This document shows positions 1 through 9,379 of a DNA stretch of 64,000 bases, in pieces. The notes under the pieces were generated by a model. That model ran no database searches, had not been told where the DNA came from, and saw only the letters and a list, made by a program, of their open reading frames with translations. The stretch lies in the NCBI GenBank assembly GCA_011364965.1, contig RDOB01000003.1:400939-464938 (forward strand). Direction: 5' to 3'. Both the position numbers and the translations under genes were made by a program. Position 1 is the first letter of the stretch, and each line of letters starts with the position of its first letter. The DNA is from Candidatus Heimdallarchaeota archaeon. Its GTDB lineage: Archaea; Asgardarchaeota; Heimdallarchaeia; Hodarchaeales; Hodarchaeaceae.

Positions 1-372
1 TAAATTACTTTTTGGAGAGACATTAATAATACTTTATCATAGAAGATTTGGATCCGACCAAAACCTGTGTTGGTTTTTCTATTTGTCTTGTACGTAAACT
101 GGCCGGATTCGCCGATTATGCTCCTTTTATAATTCCTCTAAAGAATGTATCCGCACTTCTTCCATAACGGTATGTTTTTAAACCAATACTCGGTGGATTG
201 AATTAGAATTGAAAAATGGAATTCGGAAAATGCCACATTTATCATTTCGGCAACTTTGACCGAAACGATTCATGTTCATCTATTTAAATGAACGATCCGA
301 AAACCTATTTTCTCGACCTCTATGAACGTTTAATAAATCAAAACGTCTAAATCATACTAAAAAGTGATAAAA

Positions 373-1515
373 ATGTCTGTTGCAGAAGGAATAACTGGAA
401 AGCCCCTCGTAATTGACAACGGAACAGGGTTAAGCAAAAATGGCTATGCAGGAGAAGATCAGCCTAGATCTGTCTTCCCTACATTGATTGGTTATCCAAA
501 ATATCAATCTATTATGTCTGATGTCGACCACTATGTCCGTGAATATTATGTGGGTGAAGAAGCGATGAACCTACGGGGTGTACTGAAGCTTATCTACCCT
601 ATTTTACACGGTATTGTTACAGATTGGGATGCTATGGAAAAAATTTGGCATTATACATTCCACAATGATCTTCGTGTCAATCCAAGTGAACATCCAATCC
701 TCCTTACCGAAGCTCCTTTGAACCCTAGCACCAACAGGGAAAAAATGGCTGAAATTCTTTTTGAGACTTTCAATGTGCCAGCTATGTATGTATCTATGCA
801 AGCTGTTCTCTCTCTCTATGCTTCTGGTCGTACAACTGGTCTCGTTATTGATGCAGGTGACGGTGTAATTCACATTGTACCTATTTACGAAGGTTTCGCC
901 ATTACTCATGCGATTAGTCGTATTGATATTGCTGGTCGGGATATTACTGAATATCTCCGACGTTTGCTACGAACCCGAGGAAAAGCTTTGACTTCTTCCG
1001 CTGAAAAAGAAATAGTACGAGACATCAAGGAACGATTATGTTATGTTGCTTTAGATCCTGAAAAAGAATTGAAATTAGCAGAAAAAGTCTCTGGTATGGA
1101 GAAGCAATATACACTCCCTGATGGAGAAACTTTAACCATTGGCCCTGAAAGATTCCTTGCTCCTGAAGCATTTTTCAATCCCAGTGCCATCGGAAAAGAA
1201 GAAACTCCTTTGGATGAAGCTATTTACAACTCAGTACAGCTTTGTGATATTGACTTACGAAAAGAACTATATCAAAACATTGTCCTCTCTGGCGGCTCTA
1301 CGATGTTCCCAGGTCTGAAAGAACGACTCCACAAAGAACTCACAGAATTAGTTCCAGAGAACATTGAAATCCGAATTGTTGCTCCTCCAGAGCGCCGATA
1401 TTCGGTTTGGATTGGTGGTTCAATTCTCTCCTCATTGAAAACCTTCCAAAGATTATGGGTTTCCCGTAAAGAATATCAAGAACAAGGTCCTGGCGTTATC
1501 AAACGCGCTATCTAA
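373..1515 (+). CDS. Asgard actin (Lokiactin-type, eukaryotic-like actin)
   Basis: Phosphate-1 loop IDNGTG, phosphate-2 loop [33 protein letters not shown] and [16 protein letters not shown] all match eukaryotic actin. ATG at 373 follows GTGA. Confidence 0.97.
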   Translation: MSVAEGITGKPLVIDNGTGLSKNGYAGEDQPRSVFPTLIGYPKYQSIMSDVDHYVREYYVGEEAMNLRGVLKLIYPILHGIVTDWDAMEKIWHYTFHNDLRVNPSEHPILLTEAPLNPSTNREKMAEILFETFNVPAMYVSMQAVLSLYASGRTTGLVIDAGDGVIHIVPIYEGFAITHAISRIDIAGRDITEYLRRLLRTRGKALTSSAEKEIVRDIKERLCYVALDPEKELKLAEKVSGMEKQYTLPDGETLTIGPERFLAPEAFFNPSAIGKEETPLDEAIYNSVQLCDIDLRKELYQNIVLSGGSTMFPGLKERLHKELTELVPENIEIRIVAPPERRYSVWIGGSILSSLKTFQRLWVSRKEYQEQGPGVIKRAI

Positions 1516-1516
1516 A

Positions 1517-1550
1517 TTCCCCCCTCTCTTTTTTTCTTTTCTTTTTTTTA
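1517..1550 (+). terminator. Pyrimidine/oligo-T tract, archaeal-type terminator
   Basis: CTCTCTTTTTTTCTTTTCTTTTTTTT lies directly after the actin stop codon. Confidence 0.6.
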
Positions 1551-1792
1551 AATTAAACCTCTAGTAATTTTGTTTCTTTTTATGATCAATTTCTGATGAT
1601 TGTTAAGAAAAATATTTCCTTCATTTTTTTTCCTCATTAAAACTGATAACTCAATAATATTGTTTATTATTCATTCGAGGTTTCACTTCTTTATTATCAC
1701 CAAATTCTAACTTTTTTCTTTCCATTAATTCTTTATGTTAGAAAATTCTTTCTTCCCCCTAACCAAATAAGTGACAGATAACTAAGGATTTT

Positions 1793-3322
1793 ATGAAAAT
1801 GCATTCTATTACAGCAAGATTTCTTCAATTTAGAAAAAAACAACAAATATTTGCTCTTAGTCTTCTAATAACAACCTCGCTCCTAATTGTCTCCGTATCA
1901 GGGAATCTAGAGATCGATCAATCTAAAACTTTGTCTACCAAACTGGGAATACAAATACCTAATGATAAAACTCCTCGACTTAATCTCGAGACAAATGAAT
2001 ATTCTTTAGGTGAAGAAGAGACTTTCGATGTCAGTTATCCTGATCTTCGAACACTCACTGCAAGATGTGTTTATATCAGTGAGAAGGGGTATTTCTTTTT
2101 GGAAAATGCAATTGCTGATACTGCAAACTTCACTCAAGCTGGGGAAATGGTAGATAATCATATGATACCACTCTTAACAGAAAATTTTGCGGCTCCAACT
2201 GATATTGATAATAATGGAAAAATTGTTCTATTATTCGCAAACCTTCCTGGAGTTGGAGGGTATTTTTCCCCATCAACTTATCTTAGCTATGGTGAAATCG
2301 TGTATATGAATTCTGGTTCTGGTTCCATTCCTTATCCCACGCTGGTCCATGAATTACAGCATTTAGTAAGTAGAGGATATGATTATGAAGAAAAAATCTG
2401 GTTCAATGAAGGATGTTCGGTATTTAGTGAATATTTATATGATCTTTCGCTAGGATCTGGAGAGGATTATGGTGTATTTTCTCCTAGAGATGTATCATTA
2501 TTGTATTGGAATTATGAAAACGCCTCTCAAGTAACTGATTATGCGGCCGCAGGTTCATTCATATCTTACCTGTATGATCAATATGGAGGAGCTAATTTAT
2601 CAGCGATATACCAAGCTTCTGATAATGGAGTTAAACTTCATAGTTCAAATGCGATTATGCATGTATTGAACTCTTATTACCCTGATTTAACCTTTGAGAG
2701 ACTCTACTTAGACTGGATTATTGCCAGCCTAATAGACAGAGAATATGTGGGAGATAATCGAGCTTATTATTTTGAATTATTCGATTCCTACCCAAATGCA
2801 TATAGATATCCCGAATTGAGTGGAACACGAATTCATTATCCATACGAAGCTACACCTGAGATCTACCCATGGGCAAGTAGTTTATATCTCTTCCGTAACT
2901 TTGAAAACCCAGGAGAAGTGAATATCACTATCGAAATCCCTGAGAATTCTCAGTCTCATAAATTCGGGGTCAATATCTTGAAAAAAATTGTTAAGGATGA
3001 AAAAGTATCTTATAATATCAATACGTTCATATTTTCCCCAGAAAATATCTCTCAGGGATATCATGAATCTTTTAACGCCACAGCGGAATCTTGTGAACGT
3101 TTCTTTCTCTCTATCAGTCATATAGATGGTGGTGAAGGGGGATATTACTGGGATATTCCTTCCGAAGAACTAGATGTAGAATTCTCAATCATGGTAACTA
3201 GTAATCTTCCGAATATCTCCTCTGAGACTACAAATACTACCTCTACCCCTGTTTCCTTTGATCTCTCCTTATTTTTTCTAATTATTGGAGGATTTATTTT
3301 CATAATTCGCAGAAGGAAGTAA
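1793..3322 (+). CDS. Secreted, membrane-anchored zinc metallopeptidase (M30/gluzincin-like)
   Basis: N-terminal signal helix, DIDNNGK loop, HELQH zinc motif with downstream WFNEG, T/S-rich linker, C-terminal TM helix and RRRK. Confidence 0.8.
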   Translation: MKMHSITARFLQFRKKQQIFALSLLITTSLLIVSVSGNLEIDQSKTLSTKLGIQIPNDKTPRLNLETNEYSLGEEETFDVSYPDLRTLTARCVYISEKGYFFLENAIADTANFTQAGEMVDNHMIPLLTENFAAPTDIDNNGKIVLLFANLPGVGGYFSPSTYLSYGEIVYMNSGSGSIPYPTLVHELQHLVSRGYDYEEKIWFNEGCSVFSEYLYDLSLGSGEDYGVFSPRDVSLLYWNYENASQVTDYAAAGSFISYLYDQYGGANLSAIYQASDNGVKLHSSNAIMHVLNSYYPDLTFERLYLDWIIASLIDREYVGDNRAYYFELFDSYPNAYRYPELSGTRIHYPYEATPEIYPWASSLYLFRNFENPGEVNITIEIPENSQSHKFGVNILKKIVKDEKVSYNINTFIFSPENISQGYHESFNATAESCERFFLSISHIDGGEGGYYWDIPSEELDVEFSIMVTSNLPNISSETTNTTSTPVSFDLSLFFLIIGGFIFIIRRRK

Positions 3323-3348
3323 ATTCCTTCCTTTTTTCCCATTTTCCC

Positions 3349-4101
3349 TCAAACATGAATTAACTGAGCCAAGGCTTTATTTTGTGTTATTATTAGTTCT
3401 TCATTGAGCTCTTGTTCGAGAATAAAACTCATTTTCTCTAATGCGCGCTGAATCCGTGTATGATTTCCAGCTTCCAATACCCGATCAAGTAATTGGAGCA
3501 TCATGTGAATTCTAGTGTTAAGGATATATTGCTCTTCTTCAGGTAAGGAGGTAAGATGATACGAATCTAAAAAATCAGAAAGATTCTGACGTATTTTCTC
3601 TCCTAATCTTAATACATTTAGTTTTCGCTCTAAAATCAGATCGATCTCAGATGCAACTTGCCGTAATACAGCTTCCTTATCAGGTACTGGAAATCCTTGA
3701 TAAGGTTCAAAATACTCTTGAAAGACTCCTTGTATCTGTCTGAGATCAATCCATGCCATTTCCATCAATACCTGGGGTATCAAAATAGAAATCAAGTTTA
3801 TTCCAAAACTTTTCTCTTGTTGTACATCAGCTTCATATAATACGGTGCATACAGCAACAGATTCAAATTCAGGAAACGGTAGAGTTGCGTACATTCTCGA
3901 ATAGGAATAATTTTCGGGTCGATTAGAAAAAACAGACATACCTCGGAGAGATACACTAAACAATATTTCATCTGAAAGGTCTTTTTTGGGAGTCCAAGCA
4001 CTAGGAATGGATCCTTTGAGAACATCAAACTCTGACCAAATTGCACCTAATAACACTTTATATTTACTCAATATGGATCTTTCCTTGGGATCTCTAACCA
4101 A
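3349..4101 (-). CDS. Putative longin/uDENN-like domain protein with helical C-terminus
   Basis: N-terminal LLGAIWSEFDVLKGSIP resembles the uDENN hhhxxFDxxxGP start, followed by a beta-beta-alpha-beta-beta-beta-alpha pattern. Confidence 0.5.
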   Translation of the reverse strand: MVRDPKERSILSKYKVLLGAIWSEFDVLKGSIPSAWTPKKDLSDEILFSVSLRGMSVFSNRPENYSYSRMYATLPFPEFESVAVCTVLYEADVQQEKSFGINLISILIPQVLMEMAWIDLRQIQGVFQEYFEPYQGFPVPDKEAVLRQVASEIDLILERKLNVLRLGEKIRQNLSDFLDSYHLTSLPEEEQYILNTRIHMMLQLLDRVLEAGNHTRIQRALEKMSFILEQELNEELIITQNKALAQLIHV

Positions 4102-4206
4102 TAATAACCTTTTTCAAACCTCATAGAGATGGGAATTAAAGAATTTCGGATAGTTTTATGCTTACCATTTTGGTCTCAGAGTATTTTCTTCTTTTAATAA
4201 AGTGGT

Positions 4207-4554
4207 TTAATCTACATTTTCAGCATTCAATTGGTCACTTATAAGTTCTTCAACTAATTTGCAGATCCTGAGCACTTTAGGATTAGCTAACTTATAATAC
4301 ACAATATTTTTTCTGTCTCCACCACGACGGGTAGCTACTACTCCTTTATCTCTTAGAACCTTAAGATGCTGCGAAATAAATGGTTGAGGCTTTTCAGTAA
4401 TATTTTCGATGTCAGATACGCTCTTTTCGCCTTCCTGCAATAATTTCAGGATTTTTAAACGAAATGGGTGTGTTAAGGATTGACACAGATCTGCTTGCTT
4501 CTCTAAGGCGTTTTCAGTTATACTAGTTGAATTATTCTCTCGTTTAATCTCCAT
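4207..4554 (-). CDS. ArsR/SmtB family transcriptional regulator
   Basis: LTHPFRLKILKLL...QPFISQHLKVLRDKGVV winged-helix signature. Confidence 0.92.
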   Translation of the reverse strand: MEIKRENNSTSITENALEKQADLCQSLTHPFRLKILKLLQEGEKSVSDIENITEKPQPFISQHLKVLRDKGVVATRRGGDRKNIVYYKLANPKVLRICKLVEELISDQLNAENVD

Positions 4555-4569
4555 AACATCACTATGCTA

Positions 4570-4622
4570 AATATTCCAATAAAGATATATATATCTTTTG
4601 AATATTCAAGAATCGCAATATT
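4570..4622. promoter_or_regulatory. Palindromic putative ArsR operator in divergent promoter
   Basis: Perfect 18-bp palindrome AAAGATATATATATCTTT (4581-4598) and TTGAATATTCAA (4598-4609) between divergent arsR and PDO genes. Confidence 0.5.
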
Positions 4623-4672
4623 TATAAATTAAAAATTTGGAAGGTAAAACAACAATATTTGGAGGATTTATC

Positions 4673-5329
4673 ATGTCTGAAGGCCAGGTTAGAATCGAAG
4701 AAAAAATTCTAAATGAAATTAAACAGATGTTTGGTGAACTGACATCGAATGTAACGCTTCACATGTTTACAAATAAGAACCATTGTCTTTTATGCAATGA
4801 AACTCTTAGTTTAGCTGAACAGGTCGCAAACCAATCTGATAAGATTAATCTAGAGCATTGTGAATGTAGTCTTGATAATGAAAAAGCTAAGAAATGGAAA
4901 ATTGAAAGACATCCCGCTATTGTTGTAGAAGGTCTTGGAAAAGGAGTTATACGGTTTTATGGGATTCCTTCTGGTTATGAATTTGGTAGTCTTATTGAAA
5001 GTATAATTATGGCAGGAACTGATAGACCATCCGATCTTGACCCCGAAATTATAGCTGAAATACAAGAAATTGAAAAATCCGTGCATCTACAAGTGTTTGT
5101 CACTCCAACATGTCCTTATTGCCCGCGAGCAGTGCTTAATGCCTTCAAATTTGCCATGTTGAATGAAAATATTACTGCGGATATGGTTGAAGCAACTGAA
5201 TTTCAAGAATTATCTATGAAGTATCAGATCCAAGGGGTTCCCAAAACTGTAATAAATGACAAATGGAATGTAGTGGGAGCTGTACCAGAAAGTATGTTAC
5301 TTTCAAAGGTGAAAGAAGCAATAACTTAG
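4673..5329 (+). CDS. Protein disulfide oxidoreductase (double thioredoxin fold, PDO/AhpF-N-like)
   Basis: CLLC and CPYC motifs, FYGIPSGYEF and IQGVPKTVIN. GGAGG RBS precedes ATG 4673. Confidence 0.92.
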   Translation: MSEGQVRIEEKILNEIKQMFGELTSNVTLHMFTNKNHCLLCNETLSLAEQVANQSDKINLEHCECSLDNEKAKKWKIERHPAIVVEGLGKGVIRFYGIPSGYEFGSLIESIIMAGTDRPSDLDPEIIAEIQEIEKSVHLQVFVTPTCPYCPRAVLNAFKFAMLNENITADMVEATEFQELSMKYQIQGVPKTVINDKWNVVGAVPESMLLSKVKEAIT

Positions 5330-5365
5330 CTTGCTTCAATTCACCTACCTCTTTTAACCCCCGAA

Positions 5366-5956
5366 GTGAAAAATATGCACCGAATCACAAGAGAATTCTT
5401 TGAAACTGGTGAAAATTTTGACGATTTCATCAAATCTGGGACGGAGGAAGAACAAAACCGTTTTCAACTCTATTATCAAAAAAGTGAAAAAAAATTCTCT
5501 ATAGAGGAATTTCGAGTAGATCTTGAATATCCAATAAATTTGCTTTTATTGGGAACTCCTTGGTGTTGGGATTCTCAAACAAATGTTCCAATTATTTTAC
5601 GAATTGCAGAAAACAGTCCAAATATCAATATTAAAATATTCAATAAAGACGCATACCCTTTCTTAGCTGAAACCATTAATGGAGGAGAAAAAGTACCACA
5701 ATTACTTGTATTTTCTCAAGATTTTTATTATATTGACAGATGGGTTGAACGATCAACACGAACTTATGAATTGTATGCTAAAACCCGCAAAGAGTTGGGT
5801 TGGGATCCAGAAAAGAAACAAGAATTTGCGAAGGAGTATCGAAAGAGGTACCTGAGAATTCAAGAAGAATTAGAATCATCAGTTATTAAGGAAATTCATA
5901 CATTGCTGAAAAGAGCAGATGCTATTCAGGCATCAACTGCACGCCTAGCAAAATAA
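5366..5956 (+). CDS. Thioredoxin-family protein (monothiol CxxS)
   Basis: PWCWDS active-site-like motif and GGEKVP cis-Pro loop. Co-oriented with PDO. Confidence 0.8.
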   Translation: MKNMHRITREFFETGENFDDFIKSGTEEEQNRFQLYYQKSEKKFSIEEFRVDLEYPINLLLLGTPWCWDSQTNVPIILRIAENSPNINIKIFNKDAYPFLAETINGGEKVPQLLVFSQDFYYIDRWVERSTRTYELYAKTRKELGWDPEKKQEFAKEYRKRYLRIQEELESSVIKEIHTLLKRADAIQASTARLAK

Positions 5957-6137
5957 ACCATTATTTTAATTTTAAATTGATTTTTTTTCCAATTAGTATG
6001 GGGAGAGAATATTTTTCTTTTCAAAAATAATCTATTTCAATCCTCAGTCGAAAAGTTTAGAATGCCTTGTTTTACATACAAACTCTATAGATCTAAATCC
6101 ATAGAAAATTCATCTAATGTCTTTTAAGAGGATTAAT

Positions 6138-8744
6138 ATGCGTAAAAGAGTAATAGAATGGAATATTCCTATAACAGATATATCAAAAGCTTCTATCCAT
6201 GAGAAAAGCGTACGACATGGACATCCAAGCACTCTTCACTTGTGGTGGGCAAGACGACCATTAGCTGCCTCCAGAACTACGACTTTTGCTGCTCTTCTAG
6301 ATTTACCATATGAAATTCAAGAGCAAAATAAAACTCTAAAGCTGATAAGTGAATTAGCTCCATGGAATGTACTGAGAGATAATGATCATTCAATAATAAA
6401 CATAGGGCAGAAAATCCTCAAAAAGCAATGGAAGAACGATCCTCCTAAAGTACTCGATCCCTTTTCAGGAGGGGGGTCAATTCCCTTGGAAGCTCTTCGC
6501 CTAGGTTGTGTAACTTATGCGAATGATTTAAATCCAGTTGCTGTTCTAATAGGAAAAGCTACACTTGAATGGCCTCAACAGCTAGCTGACCCAAACTTAG
6601 TTACTTTTGTAGAAGAACAAGCTAAACATATCGAAGAAAAAGTAAGACAAAGAATCGGACATTTTTACCCGTGTGATTGTGATGGATTAATCCCCATCGG
6701 GTATCTTTGGGCACGTGTAATTCAATGTACCAATAATTCTTGCCTGTTTGAAATTCCTCTTATTAAACATTTTTGGTTGGCACGAAAGAAATCTAGAAAA
6801 ATTGCATATAAGCCTATATTAGATAAAGAGTCTCAAAGAGTAAAATTTGTTATACAAGCCGATGATGAGATAGATTTTAATCCCTCTGAAGGTACAGTTA
6901 TCCGAGCAAATGTTCGATGTTTGGCGTGTGGAATAGTAATCCGAGCTCAAAAAGTTCGGGCCATTGCTCAAGAAGGTGGTTTGTCTCATCGATTGATAGT
7001 AGTAATTTTACGCTCCAAAGAGAAAACGGGAAAAATTTATCGCATCGCAACTAAAGAGGATATGGAATGGATTAATGAAGCAAAAATGAATATCCAGTTA
7101 ATGGAGAAATCTCAATCCGATCTAAATCTTTTCCTCCCAAATGAAAATTTACCACCTAAGGGAACTCTTGGATTCGGAGTTCAACAATATGGAATGACAA
7201 AATGGATCGATTTATTTAATCCAAGACAACTTTTTTCTCATGTAATTTTCGCAGAGGAAATAAAAAAGCAATTTCCCATAATCCAAGAACAAGTTAACAC
7301 TAAATTTCCAGAAAATCCTGAAATGGCCTTTAAAGCTATCTGTGCTTATTTAACTTTAATCTTTGGCCGACTAGTAGATAAAAACGCAAGTTTAGTAGTA
7401 TATAATGTCTATGGAGAAAAAATTGAGCATGTTTTTGGACGCACGGCATTACCAATGGCTTGGGATTATGTGGAACTAAATGTTTTTTCAGGAGCTAATG
7501 GAGACTGGTCGAAGCAAACAGAATGGGTACTAAAATTTTTGGATGCACATATTTGGAAAGCTAAAACTTCCTCAAGAGTGATCTTAGCTTCAGTAACAAG
7601 TTTACCTTATGCTAATAATTTTTTTGACGCCATTCTTACAGATCCTCCCTATTACGACAACATTCCGTACTCGGATTTATCAGATTATTTTTATATATGG
7701 TTTAAGCGTATATTGGGAGATGTGTTCCCGACTCTTTTTGCAACACCTTTAACACCCAAATTAAGTGAGCTTGTAGCAAACAAGGGACGTCAAAAAAACC
7801 CGAAAATCCATTTTGAAGATAAAATGCGGATTGCTTTTCAAGAAATGAATCGTACGTTGAAACACGAGGGAATTATGGTAATTGTATATGCTCATAAATC
7901 AGTATCAGGCTGGGTCTCATTATTGTCTTCAGTAATTCAAGCTGGATTTGTTATCACAGCATCATGGCCAATCCATACTGAAATGAGGACACGGCTTCGT
8001 GCAAGAACCTCAGCTGCTTTAGCTTCCTCGATCTATTTGGTATGTAGAAAAATACCTCAAAAGGAAAGAGGATATATCTCAGAATTAACAGAAGATCTGG
8101 AGACGAAAATTTGGACGTTTCTCCAAAGAACTTGGGAAGAGGGAATTAGAGGAGGAGATTTCTTTATTGCAGCAATAGGATCTGCAATGAGTCTTTTAAG
8201 CAGATATAAAGAATTGAGACGCTACTCGGGAGAATTAGTTACATTAGAAGATCAATTGAAAATTATTAGAAGAATCTCAACAAACTTCCTTTTAAATAAT
8301 TTAATTGGAAAAGGGGCCAGTGTTACTTTAGATAACCTAGCACAATTCTATCTCGCTTTTCGATGGACTTACCAAGATAGATTAGCAGATTTTGGTGAAG
8401 CGCAGGTATTAGGTCAAGCTTGCGGAATAAATTTGGACAAGCTGGCAATTAAAGACGATTTAGTCAGAAAGAAAGGATCAAAGTTATCTTTAGCTGACCC
8501 TACTTGTAGAAAGCAGGTTGAATCCAGAAAAAATGACTATGTCAATGTCATGCATTTATTAGTCAATGCATGGGAGAAGAATGATATGGAAACGTTAAAG
8601 GAGGCACTTCAGTTAAATAAAAAAATTATTTCACCTACTTTTTGGCAGTTTTGCCAAGCAGTCGCTGAATGCTTACCGAAAACGAACCAAGAAAAGCATT
8701 ATTTAGAAGGTCTTTTAGCTTCTCAATATAGTAAGCCATTCTAA
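6138..8744 (+). CDS. DUF1156-domain adenine-specific DNA methyltransferase with Zn ribbon
   Basis: LHLWWARRPLA DUF1156 signature, motif I LDPFSGGGS, catalytic DPPYY, CxxxxC/CxxC pair, WPIHTE. Confidence 0.9.
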   Translation: MRKRVIEWNIPITDISKASIHEKSVRHGHPSTLHLWWARRPLAASRTTTFAALLDLPYEIQEQNKTLKLISELAPWNVLRDNDHSIINIGQKILKKQWKNDPPKVLDPFSGGGSIPLEALRLGCVTYANDLNPVAVLIGKATLEWPQQLADPNLVTFVEEQAKHIEEKVRQRIGHFYPCDCDGLIPIGYLWARVIQCTNNSCLFEIPLIKHFWLARKKSRKIAYKPILDKESQRVKFVIQADDEIDFNPSEGTVIRANVRCLACGIVIRAQKVRAIAQEGGLSHRLIVVILRSKEKTGKIYRIATKEDMEWINEAKMNIQLMEKSQSDLNLFLPNENLPPKGTLGFGVQQYGMTKWIDLFNPRQLFSHVIFAEEIKKQFPIIQEQVNTKFPENPEMAFKAICAYLTLIFGRLVDKNASLVVYNVYGEKIEHVFGRTALPMAWDYVELNVFSGANGDWSKQTEWVLKFLDAHIWKAKTSSRVILASVTSLPYANNFFDAILTDPPYYDNIPYSDLSDYFYIWFKRILGDVFPTLFATPLTPKLSELVANKGRQKNPKIHFEDKMRIAFQEMNRTLKHEGIMVIVYAHKSVSGWVSLLSSVIQAGFVITASWPIHTEMRTRLRARTSAALASSIYLVCRKIPQKERGYISELTEDLETKIWTFLQRTWEEGIRGGDFFIAAIGSAMSLLSRYKELRRYSGELVTLEDQLKIIRRISTNFLLNNLIGKGASVTLDNLAQFYLAFRWTYQDRLADFGEAQVLGQACGINLDKLAIKDDLVRKKGSKLSLADPTCRKQVESRKNDYVNVMHLLVNAWEKNDMETLKEALQLNKKIISPTFWQFCQAVAECLPKTNQEKHYLEGLLASQYSKPF

Positions 8745-8759
8745 TGGAAATAAGTAATA

Positions 8760-9251
8760 CTATTTATTCCGTAGTTTTAGCAATTCTTTATTTATATTGG
8801 TTAAGATTTTTTCAATTACTTTCTGACTTTTGATCAGAGTAGCAATATTTGCTTCCATAGCTTTAACAGAGGCTTCAATTTCTATCAATCGATCAGTATT
8901 GAAACCTTCAGTTGGAAGGGGCCTAGCGGGTACAGTGGTTTTGGAAGATGATTTAGAAGTGTCAATCACCAAATCCCTGTAACTAGTGTCTTGTTGGCGA
9001 CTGGTTGGAGTTCTTGGGGTTGCTATTGGAGTAGCGGGACGCGGCGAGGAGGTAGGGGAGGCAAACCGCGGTCTTCCAGAGGTTAATGGAGGGGGAGGTT
9101 TGTCAAAAGTTCCTTGGATCTCAACAGGGACTATAGGTTTGAATTCCTCTTCAGTACGATCTTCAAACGTCTCCTGACTACCACAATGGGGACAGGGGAA
9201 TGACATAATGTAATTACGACATTTTTTACAAACAGGACTTATCGAATTCAC
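8760..9251 (-). CDS. Zn-ribbon + Pro/Ser/Thr-rich linker + C-terminal coiled-coil protein
   Basis: CKKC...CPHC, then PPPPL and repeated SP/TP, then heptad LIEIEASVKAMEANIATLIKSQKVIEKILTNINKELLKL. Confidence 0.75.
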   Translation of the reverse strand: MNSISPVCKKCRNYIMSFPCPHCGSQETFEDRTEEEFKPIVPVEIQGTFDKPPPPLTSGRPRFASPTSSPRPATPIATPRTPTSRQQDTSYRDLVIDTSKSSSKTTVPARPLPTEGFNTDRLIEIEASVKAMEANIATLIKSQKVIEKILTNINKELLKLRNK

Positions 9252-9379
9252 ATCCTGTAAACTATAGCCTTTGTTAACGAGGTTTATGTCTCTTCAATCG
9301 AAGAATATGATTATTGGGGAAAATCAATTAATAAAGATTGTTCTCAAAAGAAAGAAAAAGAGAACTCCCATAAAGGGAG

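Noticed and set aside
222-301. 80-nt cloverleaf as a tRNA gene
   Set aside because: No D-loop GG, no canonical T-loop, wrong arm lengths and AT-rich. Kept only as a putative regulatory structure.
604-909. Antisense and nested short ORFs in the track (also 2882-3121, 8986-9177, 17227-17748, 29079-29405, 36404-36781, 43472-43795, 61345-61683 and others)
   Set aside because: They lie within well-supported genes and show no motifs, so they are treated as shadow ORFs.
4673-5956. Selenoproteins among the redox genes
   Set aside because: Active-site residues are ordinary Cys codons and there is no in-frame TGA.
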